From an uncultured delta proteobacterium (GTDB lineage: Bacteria > Desulfobacterota > DSM-4660 > Desulfatiglandales > HGW-15): a DNA stretch of 64,000 nt. Made by a program: the position numbers and the translations under genes. Below, piece after piece: positions 8,418 through 18,595 of the stretch. Below the pieces are notes generated by a model. The model was not told the DNA's origin. It worked only from the letters and a program-made list of their open reading frames with translations, and searched no databases. The number at the start of each line of letters is the position of its first letter. Position 1 is the first letter of the stretch. The stretch is from positions 6,104 through 70,103 of the forward strand of contig CAVPDE010000001.1 in the NCBI GenBank assembly GCA_963702565.1, given 5' to 3'.

Positions 8418-10898
8418 TTATTGAAGCACCCCTAGGATCTCCCGTCTTACCCTCTCGATCAGGGATTTCTCATAAAGCTTCTGACCGCTCGCATCCCGAA
8501 CATAGAACACGCCGGTCATTTTCTCCTTGTCGCTGTTCACCTTGGCAAACCGGATATCCAGACCGAGGGCAAAGATTCTCTTGGCCAGATCATAGAGCAA
8601 GCCCATGCGGATCCCGCCTCCTACCTCCAGAATGGTGAAAAAGTCGGATCCTTCATTGTCCACCCGGATTTTTTGCGCCGGATGATAGGGGGAGAGGATC
8701 TCCTCAAAGGAGATCATCTGGGCCTTTTTGCTAATCAGCTCATCCAGAGGGAGCTTGTCCTCGATCGCCTGCCGCGCGTCCTCCAAAACCTTTGACCACA
8801 TCTCCTCTTCCCGCAGAGGATCCAGAGGGTTTGTGACGTCATAGAGGTCAAACGCGAGGCCGTTCTTCAGCGTGAAGATGTTCCCGGAAAGCACATTGAT
8901 GTTGTGTAGGGTAAATACCCCGACCATTTTGCTGAAGAGCCCGGGCCGGTCCCGGGTGCACAAGATGACGCGGGTGACCGGCGCATGCTTCACCTTCTTC
9001 AGCGCCCAGGACAGCTTTTGATCCTCCATCCCTAGGGCCATCCGGAAGTGCTCGACCATGTCCTCCAGAGGCACATTCAGGAAGTACCGGGTCGACACCT
9101 GATCCATGAGTTCGGCGATCTCCGTCCCTGAAAAAGCACCCACCAAAGACCGCGACAGGGCGGCCTTGTTTTCTTCCACGGTCCTTGTGGCATCCGGCGA
9201 GGCCAGGGTACCGCTCTGCAGAATGCGCCTGACCTTGAAGAAGAGCTCGATGAGGAGCATGATCTTCCAGTCACTGCTTGCGATGGGCCCCGTGGCGAGG
9301 CTGTCGGCGACCGTGAGCAGGAAAAGAAGCCGCAACCTTTCAAGACCTCCCACAACCTGGGCGACTTGGACGGCCGTCTTTTCGTCGTTCAGATCTCTGC
9401 GTTGAGAGACGTTGGCCAGGAGAAGGTGGTGCTGGATGAGAAAAGGAATAACCCGTGCGGCCTTTTCGCTGAGGCCAAGCCGCTTCAAAATCCGGGCAAC
9501 GATCTCCGCCCCTCTGACCGGATGCTCCCCTCGATATCCTTTTCCCACGTCGTGCAGAAGCCCGACCAGAAAGAGCCACTCGGGATTCTTCAGCTCATCG
9601 TAAACTTGCTTGAACATGGGCCACCGATCGCCGTACAAACCCCGTGCGATCTGGTGGAGGGTCTCGAGTGTTTTCAGGGAGTGAAGATCCACGGTCTCAG
9701 AGTGGTAGATCGTGAACTGAGCCAAGTTCCTGATTTTCTTGAACTCGGGAATGAACAGGGTGATGAGCCCCAGTTCCATGGCCAGTTTGAGGATTTTCGG
9801 ATCGGCAGGCTGATACAGGAGGTTCAGAAAGAGTCTTTTCGCTTCCGAATTATGCACAAGCGTCTTCCCTTTTTCCTCGATCTTCTTGCTTGCCTCCCAA
9901 ATGAGCCCGGACCCCAAAGACAGCCCTCTCCGATTCGCCTCGTCCAGCGCCTTGAGGACCAGCAGAGGACTGAGCTCTTCCCCCTTCAGAACGAGGTTCC
10001 CCTTCACCGCTTGGAACTCAGGCGAGATCTGCTCGGGAGAAGGTTCTTCGGACTGCGGATCAATGAGTTCCATGGCTTTCAAATGAAATTCTTCGCTTCT
10101 GTACCGGATTCGGTTCAGGTGACCGTGGAGATCCCTCATGAATTTCTCCGGCCCTGTGTTGTAAGCTCCGTTCGTGAAGCCCAGGCTCTTGGCAACCTTG
10201 GGCTGATACGGGAGAAGGAGTCGATCCTCCCGCCGGCCCCCGGCCATCAGGTGAAGCTGGTTTCTCACCTTGAGAAGGAAACTCTCGGATTCATGGAGCC
10301 TGTCGAGGCCGAAATGAGAAAAGACGGAGAAGCGTTTCACATCGCGGAGATGCTTTGACTTGAAATAGAGCTTGGCCGCCCAGGCCATGAAGTGGATGTC
10401 CCTGAGGCCGCCCAATCCCTCTTTGATGTCCGGTTCTGCAAAATATTCCTGGTTCCCGAATTTTTCTTGCCTCTTTTGCTGATAGAGAAGGAACTGCCTG
10501 CGGATAGCCTCTTTCTCCCGGTCGATCTTCGACCAGAACGCCGCTTCAAACAGGCGGTAGAAGTCTCTGGCCCCCAACAGGAATCGGGAATCCATCACAG
10601 AGGTGAGAAACCGGAAGTCGCTCAGGGCCAGCCGGTTGCACTCCTGAAAGGTCAAAACCGAGTGACCGACTTCGAGCTTGACATCCCACAGGGTATACAA
10701 GACCCGGCGGATCATCTCGCTCGTTTCGCGAGAGAGCCTGCCCTGGTGAATCACCAGGAGATCCACATCCGATCCCAGGCAGAGCTCCCGGCGTCCATAG
10801 CTGCCCAGCGCGGCCAGGGCGACGCTTCCCTCATGGATTTCTTCGGCCTTGTCGCTGAATGCGGCCTCCAGGAACAAAGACCGGATGAACCGGTCCAT
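8418..10898 (-). CDS. glnD: [Protein-PII] uridylyltransferase/uridylyl-removing enzyme (copy 1)
   Basis: 826-aa ORF with a nucleotidyltransferase motif (GSYGRRELCLGSDVDLLV), an HD domain (LLHDVGKG) and two C-terminal ACT domains. N-terminal homology seems to continue upstream of the first canonical start (see findings). Confidence 0.85.
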   Translation of the reverse strand: MDRFIRSLFLEAAFSDKAEEIHEGSVALAALGSYGRRELCLGSDVDLLVIHQGRLSRETSEMIRRVLYTLWDVKLEVGHSVLTFQECNRLALSDFRFLTSVMDSRFLLGARDFYRLFEAAFWSKIDREKEAIRRQFLLYQQKRQEKFGNQEYFAEPDIKEGLGGLRDIHFMAWAAKLYFKSKHLRDVKRFSVFSHFGLDRLHESESFLLKVRNQLHLMAGGRREDRLLLPYQPKVAKSLGFTNGAYNTGPEKFMRDLHGHLNRIRYRSEEFHLKAMELIDPQSEEPSPEQISPEFQAVKGNLVLKGEELSPLLVLKALDEANRRGLSLGSGLIWEASKKIEEKGKTLVHNSEAKRLFLNLLYQPADPKILKLAMELGLITLFIPEFKKIRNLAQFTIYHSETVDLHSLKTLETLHQIARGLYGDRWPMFKQVYDELKNPEWLFLVGLLHDVGKGYRGEHPVRGAEIVARILKRLGLSEKAARVIPFLIQHHLLLANVSQRRDLNDEKTAVQVAQVVGGLERLRLLFLLTVADSLATGPIASSDWKIMLLIELFFKVRRILQSGTLASPDATRTVEENKAALSRSLVGAFSGTEIAELMDQVSTRYFLNVPLEDMVEHFRMALGMEDQKLSWALKKVKHAPVTRVILCTRDRPGLFSKMVGVFTLHNINVLSGNIFTLKNGLAFDLYDVTNPLDPLREEEMWSKVLEDARQAIEDKLPLDELISKKAQMISFEEILSPYHPAQKIRVDNEGSDFFTILEVGGGIRMGLLYDLAKRIFALGLDIRFAKVNSDKEKMTGVFYVRDASGQKLYEKSLIERVRREILGVLQ

Positions 10899-11016
10899 CA
10901 GGTCGGCGTAGCGCCGGGTGATGAGAAATCCAGAACTCTGGGCGAGCTCTTTCTTGATGAGGGTGTTTCTGGAATCCAGAAAGTCCTGGACAAGGGTGTG
11001 GGAGGACTTGCGATGA

Positions 11017-11603
<587 letters not shown>

Positions 11604-11671
11604 TTACCATGACATCTGATCTCTCAATCGCAACACCCTGTTTTATCGGGAAAACAAGTCGCGGATCCCAA

Positions 11672-11686
11672 TGGCACGCTCCTTGC
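11672..11686 (+). promoter_or_regulatory. Sigma-54 (-24/-12) promoter for amtB-glnK-glnD2
   Basis: TGGCAC-GCTCC-TTGC matches the TGGCAC-N5-TTGC consensus, about 35 nt upstream of the amtB ATG at 11722. Confidence 0.6.
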
Positions 11687-11721
11687 CATGGGAAAAGGAG
11701 ATCAACGAAAGGAGAGGACTC

Positions 11722-12942
11722 ATGAATACAGGAGACACCGCATTTGTACTTGTTTCGTCAGCGCTGGTCATGCTCATGACCCCTGGGCTAGCTCTTTTCT
11801 ACGGAGGGATGGTCAGAGGGAAGAACGTGCTGGGCACGATCATGCAGAGTTACATCATCCTCGCCCTCATCACCCTGGAATGGGTGCTGTGGGGGTACTC
11901 TTTGTCGTTCGGTCCGGACCACGGCGGCATCATCGGAGGCTTGGACTGGTTCGGTCTCCGGGGGGTCGGCATGGAACCCCACGAAACCTACGGTCCGACC
12001 GTCCCCCACCTGGCGTTCATGATTTTTCAGTGCATGTTCGCCGTTATCACCCCGGCGCTGATCACCGGCGCCTTTGCTGAGAGAATGAGATTCATATCCT
12101 TCTTGCTTTTTACCCTTCTTTGGGCAACCTTTGTCTATAATCCCCTGGCTCACTGGGTCTGGGGTTCGGGAGGATGGATGTCCAAGTTCGGAGCCCTGGA
12201 CTTTGCTGGCGGCACGGTGGTGCACATCAGCTCCGGAGTCTCTGCCCTTGCGGCTGCGCTGGTCGTGGGGAAGAGACTCGGCTTTGGGAGCACGGCCTAC
12301 ATCCCCCACAATTTGCCCATGACCATCACCGGAGCCGCACTTCTGTGGTTCGGGTGGTTCGGTTTCAACGCGGGCAGCGCCCTCGCGGCGAACGGTCTCG
12401 CAGCGAGCGCTTTCGTGGTGACCCACATCGCCTCTGCCATGGCCGCCTTGTCCTGGCTTCTCGTGGAATGGGTTCACAGGGGGAAGCCTACCACCCTGGG
12501 CGCAGCCAGCGGCGCCGTAGCCGGACTCGTCGCCATCACGCCAGGATCCGGGTTTGTAGGGCCTGTCTCCGCCATTCTCATCGGAGGGTTGGCCGGCGTC
12601 ATCTGCTACGGGGGCGTCATGTTGAAGGCCAAATTGCGGTATGACGATTCTCTGGATGTGGTCGGCATCCACGGCTTCGGCGGCACCTGGGGGGCCCTGG
12701 CCACCGGCCTCTTTGCCAGCAAGGCCGTGAATCCTGCCGGTTCCGACGGCCTCTTCTTCGGCAATCCGGGCCAGCTGGGCGTTCAGTTCGTCGCCGTTCT
12801 CGCCACGATCGTGTTTGCCTTTGTCATGACCCTGATCCTCCTCAAGGTTGTGGATTGGGTGGCCGGCGTCCGTGTGACTGATGAGGACGAGGAGAAGGGC
12901 ATGGACATCAGCATGCACGATGAAAAGGGTTACAGTTATTAG
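11722..12942 (+). CDS. amtB: Ammonium transporter
   Basis: Amt/MEP family signatures (MTPGLALFYGGMV, DFAGGTVVHISSG, VGIHGFGGTWGAL). The start at 11722 has the SD aggaga and lies downstream of the sigma54 promoter, which sits inside the longer ORF call starting at 11671. Confidence 0.92.
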   Translation: MNTGDTAFVLVSSALVMLMTPGLALFYGGMVRGKNVLGTIMQSYIILALITLEWVLWGYSLSFGPDHGGIIGGLDWFGLRGVGMEPHETYGPTVPHLAFMIFQCMFAVITPALITGAFAERMRFISFLLFTLLWATFVYNPLAHWVWGSGGWMSKFGALDFAGGTVVHISSGVSALAAALVVGKRLGFGSTAYIPHNLPMTITGAALLWFGWFGFNAGSALAANGLAASAFVVTHIASAMAALSWLLVEWVHRGKPTTLGAASGAVAGLVAITPGSGFVGPVSAILIGGLAGVICYGGVMLKAKLRYDDSLDVVGIHGFGGTWGALATGLFASKAVNPAGSDGLFFGNPGQLGVQFVAVLATIVFAFVMTLILLKVVDWVAGVRVTDEDEEKGMDISMHDEKGYSY

Positions 12943-12953
12943 AAACAGCCCTT

Positions 12954-13049
12954 GAGGGACAAAGGGACAGAGGGGCAAAGCTGAAAAAACATTCTATCCT
13001 ATCTTTTTGTCCCTTTCTTTGTGCCTATGTGCCTTTGCAACTTTGTGCC
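12954..13049. repeat. Inverted arrays of 8-bp periodic words (GGGACAAA type versus TTTGTSCC type) downstream of amtB
   Basis: GGGACAAA GGGACAGA GGGGCAAA at 12956-12979. The complementary words TTTGTCCC, TTTGTGCC, TATGTGCC, TTTGCAAC, TTTGTGCC lie at 13006-13049. Confidence 0.6.
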
Positions 13050-13146
13050 TGCATCGTGGCGCAAAACCGGAACGAACGTTTTCGCCTGAAAACGAGTATT
13101 TTCCTCTCATTTCTGTAGCGGGACGATAAGCAACGATGGGTCGTGA

Positions 13147-13509
<363 letters not shown>

Positions 13510-13517
13510 CGCAGTCC

Positions 13518-16121
13518 ATGACATCTCCTGCCAATGAACTGAAGCATGAAAGGGGCGAGCTGATCTCCCTCTTCTCCGCCGGAGAGGTTTCAGAGACCTT
13601 CCAGGAGACCTGCACGGAGATCGTGGACCATTACTTCCGACGGAGTGTTCAAGAGAGCGACACAGGGCAGAGACTCTTCAGAGACAAAAACCCTTTTGCC
13701 CTGGTCGCTTTGGGAGGATACGGTCGCAGGGATCTTTGCATTCACTCCGACATCGACGTCCTGATCCTCTTTGACTCGAAGGTTCCCTCTTCGGCCAAGA
13801 AACTGGCCGAAGATTTCTTCTATCCTCTTTGGAACCTGGGTCTTGACCTCGGCCATGCGATCCGGGGGATCAAGGACTGCCTCAGCCTGGCGAGCGAAAA
13901 TCTCGAAGGCCTCACTTCCCTGATGGATGCCCGCTTCATTTGCGGAGACTCCCCCCTCTTCCTCGCTCTCATGGAGAGACTGGAGAAAAAGATTCTTCCC
14001 AAAAAGGGATTGACCTTGAGCCGATGGCTTGAGGAACAGAATGAGATGCGCTTGGCCGTGTTCGGAGATGCGAGTTGTCTCCTTGAACCCAACCTCAAGG
14101 AGGGAATCGGCGGTCTGAGGGACTACCATCACCTTCTCTGGTTGGGAAAGGCCTTTTTCCACCTCAGGACGCCGAAGGACCTCGAGACCTCGGGACTCCT
14201 CTCCCACAAGGAATATGCAGACCTGGAAAGCCATCTCAACTTCATCCATCTCGTCCGGAACCACCTTCACCGGGAATCCGCCAGAAAGAACGACCGGCTC
14301 ACCTTCGACCATCAGGAAAGCATTGCCCAGGCCCTCGCGTTCAAAGATCAGGACAGCCTTCTGGCCGTGGAGCAGTTTCTGGGTCAGATCCACGCGTCCA
14401 TGGCTTCGATCAAGTCCTTGCGCCATTCTTTTGTCTTTACCCACTTTCCGGGCTCCCGGAAGAACGGCACCGGCGCACCCGGCTCGGAAAGCCTCAGCGC
14501 CCCGTTCTTCATGGATCAAGGGGAAATCCATTTCCCTTCGGCCACCGCCATTCTCAGGGACCCCCTTCTGCTGCTGGACATCTTCGTGGAAGGGGCAAAG
14601 GCCGGACGCCCCCTTTCCCTGGAATCCAAAAGGCTCGTCCGGGAATTCCTGTATCTGGTGGATGAGCCTTTCAGGGCCTCTGAGAGAGCCGCTCGCGGCT
14701 TTCTGTCCGCTCTGAGCGCACCCAATGCCTCTGAGGCGCTCGATCAGATGCTGGAGACCGGCTTTCTCTGTGCTTTTATCCCTGAGTTCGAACCGATCCA
14801 GGACCGGGTTCAGTTCGACAACTACCACCTCTTTCCCGTGGGCCGACACTTGCTCCAAACCGTCAGACACCTGAAGGCTCTCCATCAGGAAAGGGACATT
14901 CTTCTGGCAGACATCTTTTTGGACCTCCCCGATCCCGAGCCACTTTTTGTGGCTGCGCTCTTTCATGACATCGGAAAAACCGGAAAGGATCATGCGGCCA
15001 AGGGAGCCGCGCTGGTCAGAAAAATCCTGAAGCGCTTCGGGTACGATCGAAAGAGAATGGAGGACGTTTGCTTCCTCGTCCACCGCCATCTGCTCTTGGC
15101 CGAGACTGCAAGCCGGCGGGATCTCAACGACGAGAAGATCGTGGTTCAGTGTGCCGGAACCGTGGGGACCATGGAACGGCTGAAGATGCTCTATCTTCTC
15201 TCCTGGGCGGATGGAAAAGCCACAGGGCCGAGAGCATGGAACGATTGGATTGCCAACTTGGTGCTCGAGCTCTTTTTCAAAATCCTTCACATCCTGGAAA
15301 AAGGGGAACTGGCGACACCCGATGCTTCCAAAAGGATGAAGCTCTCCCTACAGCAGGTCCGGAGCCGGAGCGGCGATCAGCTTTCCACGGTGGATCAGGA
15401 AGCGCTGTTTGATGGGATGCCTCCAAACTACCTGATCGAGACCAGCCCGCGGGCCATCGTTCGGCACATCGCCCTTTATAAAACCCTCCGGGACGCAGGG
15501 TCAAAGGGGCTTAAAAGCGCCTTCTGTCTTGAAGCCGAAGCGGCGCCGTCCAGCGGAACCTATGAAGTCACGTTCTTGGCCAGGGACAGGGCCGGCCTTT
15601 TCTCCGATGTGGCGGGCATCATGGCTCTGAACAATATCAACATCCTCTCCGCCCGCATCTATACGTGGCGCGATGGAACGGCCGTGGACATTTTTACGGT
15701 GACGCCTCCGCTGGACCCCCTCCACCCGGAGGAAATCTGGGAGAGGATCAAAGGAGATCTGGCGGAGACCTTTGAAGGCAGGCTCCCCCTCCCAGAACGT
15801 CTTCAGCAGAAGGCCGAACCTTCCATTCTTTTCCGCATGAAGAGCCCCGGTCGCCAACCCCAGGTGCATGTGGACAACGAGGCCTCCGACTTCTTCACGC
15901 TCATCGAGGTCTTCGCCGATGATCGCATCGGGCTCCTCTACCGGATCACGCACGCCCTCTTCACCCTTGGCGTTGATATCCGGATTGCCAAAATCGCCAC
16001 CAAAGGCGACCAGGTTGCCGATGTCTTTTACGTGCTGGATCTGGAAGGGCAGAAAGTCATGGAGCAGGAAAAGGTCGAAAAGATCAGGGACGTCTTACTT
16101 AAAGATCTTTCTGCAACCTGA
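13518..16121 (+). CDS. glnD: [Protein-PII] uridylyltransferase/uridylyl-removing enzyme (copy 2)
   Basis: 867-aa ORF with an NTase motif (GGYGRRDLCIHSDIDVLILF), an HD domain (LFHDIGKTG) and two ACT domains at the C-terminus. Confidence 0.85.
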   Translation: MTSPANELKHERGELISLFSAGEVSETFQETCTEIVDHYFRRSVQESDTGQRLFRDKNPFALVALGGYGRRDLCIHSDIDVLILFDSKVPSSAKKLAEDFFYPLWNLGLDLGHAIRGIKDCLSLASENLEGLTSLMDARFICGDSPLFLALMERLEKKILPKKGLTLSRWLEEQNEMRLAVFGDASCLLEPNLKEGIGGLRDYHHLLWLGKAFFHLRTPKDLETSGLLSHKEYADLESHLNFIHLVRNHLHRESARKNDRLTFDHQESIAQALAFKDQDSLLAVEQFLGQIHASMASIKSLRHSFVFTHFPGSRKNGTGAPGSESLSAPFFMDQGEIHFPSATAILRDPLLLLDIFVEGAKAGRPLSLESKRLVREFLYLVDEPFRASERAARGFLSALSAPNASEALDQMLETGFLCAFIPEFEPIQDRVQFDNYHLFPVGRHLLQTVRHLKALHQERDILLADIFLDLPDPEPLFVAALFHDIGKTGKDHAAKGAALVRKILKRFGYDRKRMEDVCFLVHRHLLLAETASRRDLNDEKIVVQCAGTVGTMERLKMLYLLSWADGKATGPRAWNDWIANLVLELFFKILHILEKGELATPDASKRMKLSLQQVRSRSGDQLSTVDQEALFDGMPPNYLIETSPRAIVRHIALYKTLRDAGSKGLKSAFCLEAEAAPSSGTYEVTFLARDRAGLFSDVAGIMALNNINILSARIYTWRDGTAVDIFTVTPPLDPLHPEEIWERIKGDLAETFEGRLPLPERLQQKAEPSILFRMKSPGRQPQVHVDNEASDFFTLIEVFADDRIGLLYRITHALFTLGVDIRIAKIATKGDQVADVFYVLDLEGQKVMEQEKVEKIRDVLLKDLSAT

Positions 16122-16136
16122 TCCCCTTAAAGAGCA

Positions 16137-17096
16137 TCACCCCTTGGACATCCAGGGCAGGCGGTCCAGATCCACGTTTCCTCCTGAAACGATGAGGCCG
16201 GCTCGCCGGCCCGCCACATCCAGCCGCCGGCTGAGGATGGCGCCGAGGGGCACAGCCGCTGAGGGCTCCACCAGGATTTTCATTCTTTCCCACAGGCACC
16301 GCATGGCCTCGACAATCGCCTCTTCGCTCACCAGCACAATGTCTCTCACATACCGCTGAATGATCGGAAACGTCAGATCCCCCAGGGAAGTGCGCAGGCC
16401 GTCGGCGATGGTGTTCGGATCGAGGGAAGGAACAATGTGGCCGCTCTTGAAGGAGCGGTAGGCATCATCGGCCCTCTCGGGTTCAGCCGCAATCACGGCC
16501 GTGCCCGGGGATACGAGCGAAACCGCGACCGCCGTGCCGCTCAGAAGTCCGCCCCCGCCCACGGGCGCGACAACCAGATCCAGGGTCTGCACCTCCTCGC
16601 ACAGTTCTATCGCGGCGGTGCCCTGCCCCGTGATCACACGAAGATCATTGTAAGGGTGGACAAAGGCGGCCCCTGTTCGCGCCACGACCTCGGCCAGCGC
16701 CCTTTCACGGGCTTCAAGGGTCGGTTTGCAGAAGACGATTTCCGCTCCATAACCGGCCACGGCGAGTTTTTTGACATGGGGAGCCGTCTCCGGCATGACG
16801 ACATAGGCGGGGATGCCTCGCCATCGCGCCGCGAGGGCCAAAGCGGCCGCATGGTTTCCTGAAGAGTGCGTGGCCACCCCCCGGTTCGCTTCCTCGTCAC
16901 TCAAGGAGAAAACCGCGTTGCAGGCGCCTCGAATCTTGAAAGCCCCTGCTCTCTGGAAATTCTCGCACTTGAAAAAGATCTCGCCGCCTGCCATCCGGTT
17001 GATCGTGGCGGAGGTCAAGACGGGGGTTCGATGGATGAAGGGTTCGATCCTCTGGTGTGCCTCTCGGAGGTCTTCCAAAGACGGTTCTGCTTTCAT
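16137..17096 (-). CDS. PLP-dependent threonine/serine dehydratase (serine racemase-like)
   Basis: Motifs FKCENFQRAGAFKIRGA (PLP lysine), SSGNHAAALA and GGGGLLSG. The ATG at 17096 has the SD ggag, and the longer ORF to 17144 is less likely. Confidence 0.8.
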   Translation of the reverse strand: MKAEPSLEDLREAHQRIEPFIHRTPVLTSATINRMAGGEIFFKCENFQRAGAFKIRGACNAVFSLSDEEANRGVATHSSGNHAAALALAARWRGIPAYVVMPETAPHVKKLAVAGYGAEIVFCKPTLEARERALAEVVARTGAAFVHPYNDLRVITGQGTAAIELCEEVQTLDLVVAPVGGGGLLSGTAVAVSLVSPGTAVIAAEPERADDAYRSFKSGHIVPSLDPNTIADGLRTSLGDLTFPIIQRYVRDIVLVSEEAIVEAMRCLWERMKILVEPSAAVPLGAILSRRLDVAGRRAGLIVSGGNVDLDRLPWMSKG

Positions 17097-17191
17097 ATCC
17101 GTTCCGCTCCTTCGGGATTCAGGAGGGCTGGCAATCGGCCCCAAGAATGCTTAGTTTTGTTTTTAAATTAAACACAGGGGGAGGATATGTC

Positions 17192-17932
17192 ATGGGAAAT
17201 GAAATAACAAGAAGAGACATGATGAAGGGTCTGGGCCTTGCAGGCATGCTGATCGGCATGGAAGGCCTTCATGCGTCGGCACAAAGTCAAACCGCAACCG
17301 GAGGCGCAGCCCCACGCCAGATCGGTGAGTGCAAGCTGCCTCCCCTGCCTTATGCTCACGACGCCCTCGAGCCCTACATCGACAAAGACACGGTCGCCCT
17401 TCACCACGGCAAGCATCATGCCGCCTATGTCAGTGGCTTCAATGGGGCCATGAAAAAACTGGAGGAGGCAAGAGCGTCGGGGGATTACAGCCTGATCAAG
17501 CACTGGTCCAGGGAGTTTGCCTTCCACGGCTCGGGACATGTTCTGCATTCCCTTTACTGGGCCAACATGTCCACCAAGGGAGGGGAACCCAAGGAGGATC
17601 TCTTGGAGGCATTGAAGAGAGGCTTCGGGAGCCTGGATCAATTCAGGAAGCAATTCGTCGCCGCCACCAACAGTGTTGAAGCAAGCGGCTGGGGCGTTCT
17701 GGCCTATGAACCCTACATGGGGCATCTCGTCGTGCTTCAGGCCGAAAAACACCAGGACCTGACCGTCTGGGGCGTCTGCCCTCTCCTGGTCTGCGACGTT
17801 TGGGAGCACGCCTACTATCTGAAGTACCAGAACCGCCGGCCGGAGTACGTGGACAACTTCATGAAAATCATCAACTGGGAAGAAGTCGCGAAGCGATACA
17901 CCAAGGTCAAGGGCCTGGTGGGATACCGTTGA
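17192..17932 (+). CDS. Fe/Mn superoxide dismutase with twin-arginine signal peptide
   Basis: Tat motif TRRDMMKGLG, then LPPLPYAHDALEPYID..HHGKHH and DVWEHAYYL. The ATG at 17192 follows gggggagga. Confidence 0.9.
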   Translation: MGNEITRRDMMKGLGLAGMLIGMEGLHASAQSQTATGGAAPRQIGECKLPPLPYAHDALEPYIDKDTVALHHGKHHAAYVSGFNGAMKKLEEARASGDYSLIKHWSREFAFHGSGHVLHSLYWANMSTKGGEPKEDLLEALKRGFGSLDQFRKQFVAATNSVEASGWGVLAYEPYMGHLVVLQAEKHQDLTVWGVCPLLVCDVWEHAYYLKYQNRRPEYVDNFMKIINWEEVAKRYTKVKGLVGYR

Positions 17933-17960
17933 CCGAAGAAGTAGGCAGTATTCAGTCGGC

Positions 17961-18013
17961 AGTATACAGTAAAACCATGAGCCGAAGAAAGGCCGCTCTA
18001 CTGTATACTTTTT
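17961..18013 (+). terminator. Possible terminator hairpin after sod
   Basis: AGTATACAGTA (17961-17971) pairs with TACTGTATACT (17999-18009) and is followed by TTTT. The loop is long (27 nt), so confidence is modest. Confidence 0.4.
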
Positions 18014-18057
18014 GGTGGCTGTCGTTACTGCTTACTTCTTACTGCTTACTTTTTTTG

Positions 18058-18529
18058 TTACTGCTTGCTTCCAAAGACTTTCTTGAGAAGGTCCGTGGTT
18101 CGGGCCACGGGGTCCTGGCGGATCTTCTTTTCTTCTTCAGCCACCATGAGAAAGAGCCCGTCCAAGGCCTTGTCGGTCACGTACTGATCCAGGTCAAAAG
18201 AGAAGGCCCCGGCAAAGGGTACGGAACGGGCCGACTGCTCCAGGTCCTGGTAGGACTTGGTCGCGCCCACTTCGCCCATCGACTTATGGACAATGGGCTT
18301 TGCAATTTCTCTCAAGCGAGGAGAAGTTTTGTCCTTGAAGTAGAGCGTGGCTTCGTTCTCTCGTCCATTGAGGATTTTCTTGGCATCCGTGAAGGTCATC
18401 TGCTTGATCGAATCCACGAAGAGCCCCTTCGGTCGAGATGACAAGCTTACCCTTAAAGCTAGGCTTTCCCATGGCCCAAGTCCAGGGCCCAAGTCCAGCC
18501 TTTTCCTCGGATTGCTTTGGCCTTGACAT
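18058..18529 (-). pseudogene. DUF4197-family protein, N-terminally shortened and frameshifted by a 13-bp tandem duplication
   Basis: The C-terminal 120 aa match the DUF4197 pattern (FVDSIKQMTFTDAKKIL..YFKDKTS..VGATKSYQDL..YVTDKALDGLF). The ATG at 18529 is out of frame unless one copy of the 13-bp repeat is removed. No signal peptide is present. Confidence 0.5.
18473..18498. repeat. Perfect 13-bp tandem duplication GGCCCAAGTCCAG x2
   Basis: Read directly at 18473-18485 and 18486-18498. Confidence 0.95.
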
Positions 18530-18595
18530 CACTCCGGCTCTTCCCTATATTCCCCAAGGATTGCAAACGATCGACCAAAGAAAGGGATAGGATTC

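Noticed and set aside
17057-17191. Upstream extensions of sod (17057), amtB (11671), the dehydratase (17144), the regulator (8397), the cNMP-PAS sensor (41334) and the MBL hydrolase (46476).
   Set aside because: In each case an internal ATG with a proper SD coincides with the start of family homology or of the signal peptide. For amtB the extension would also cover its own sigma54 promoter.
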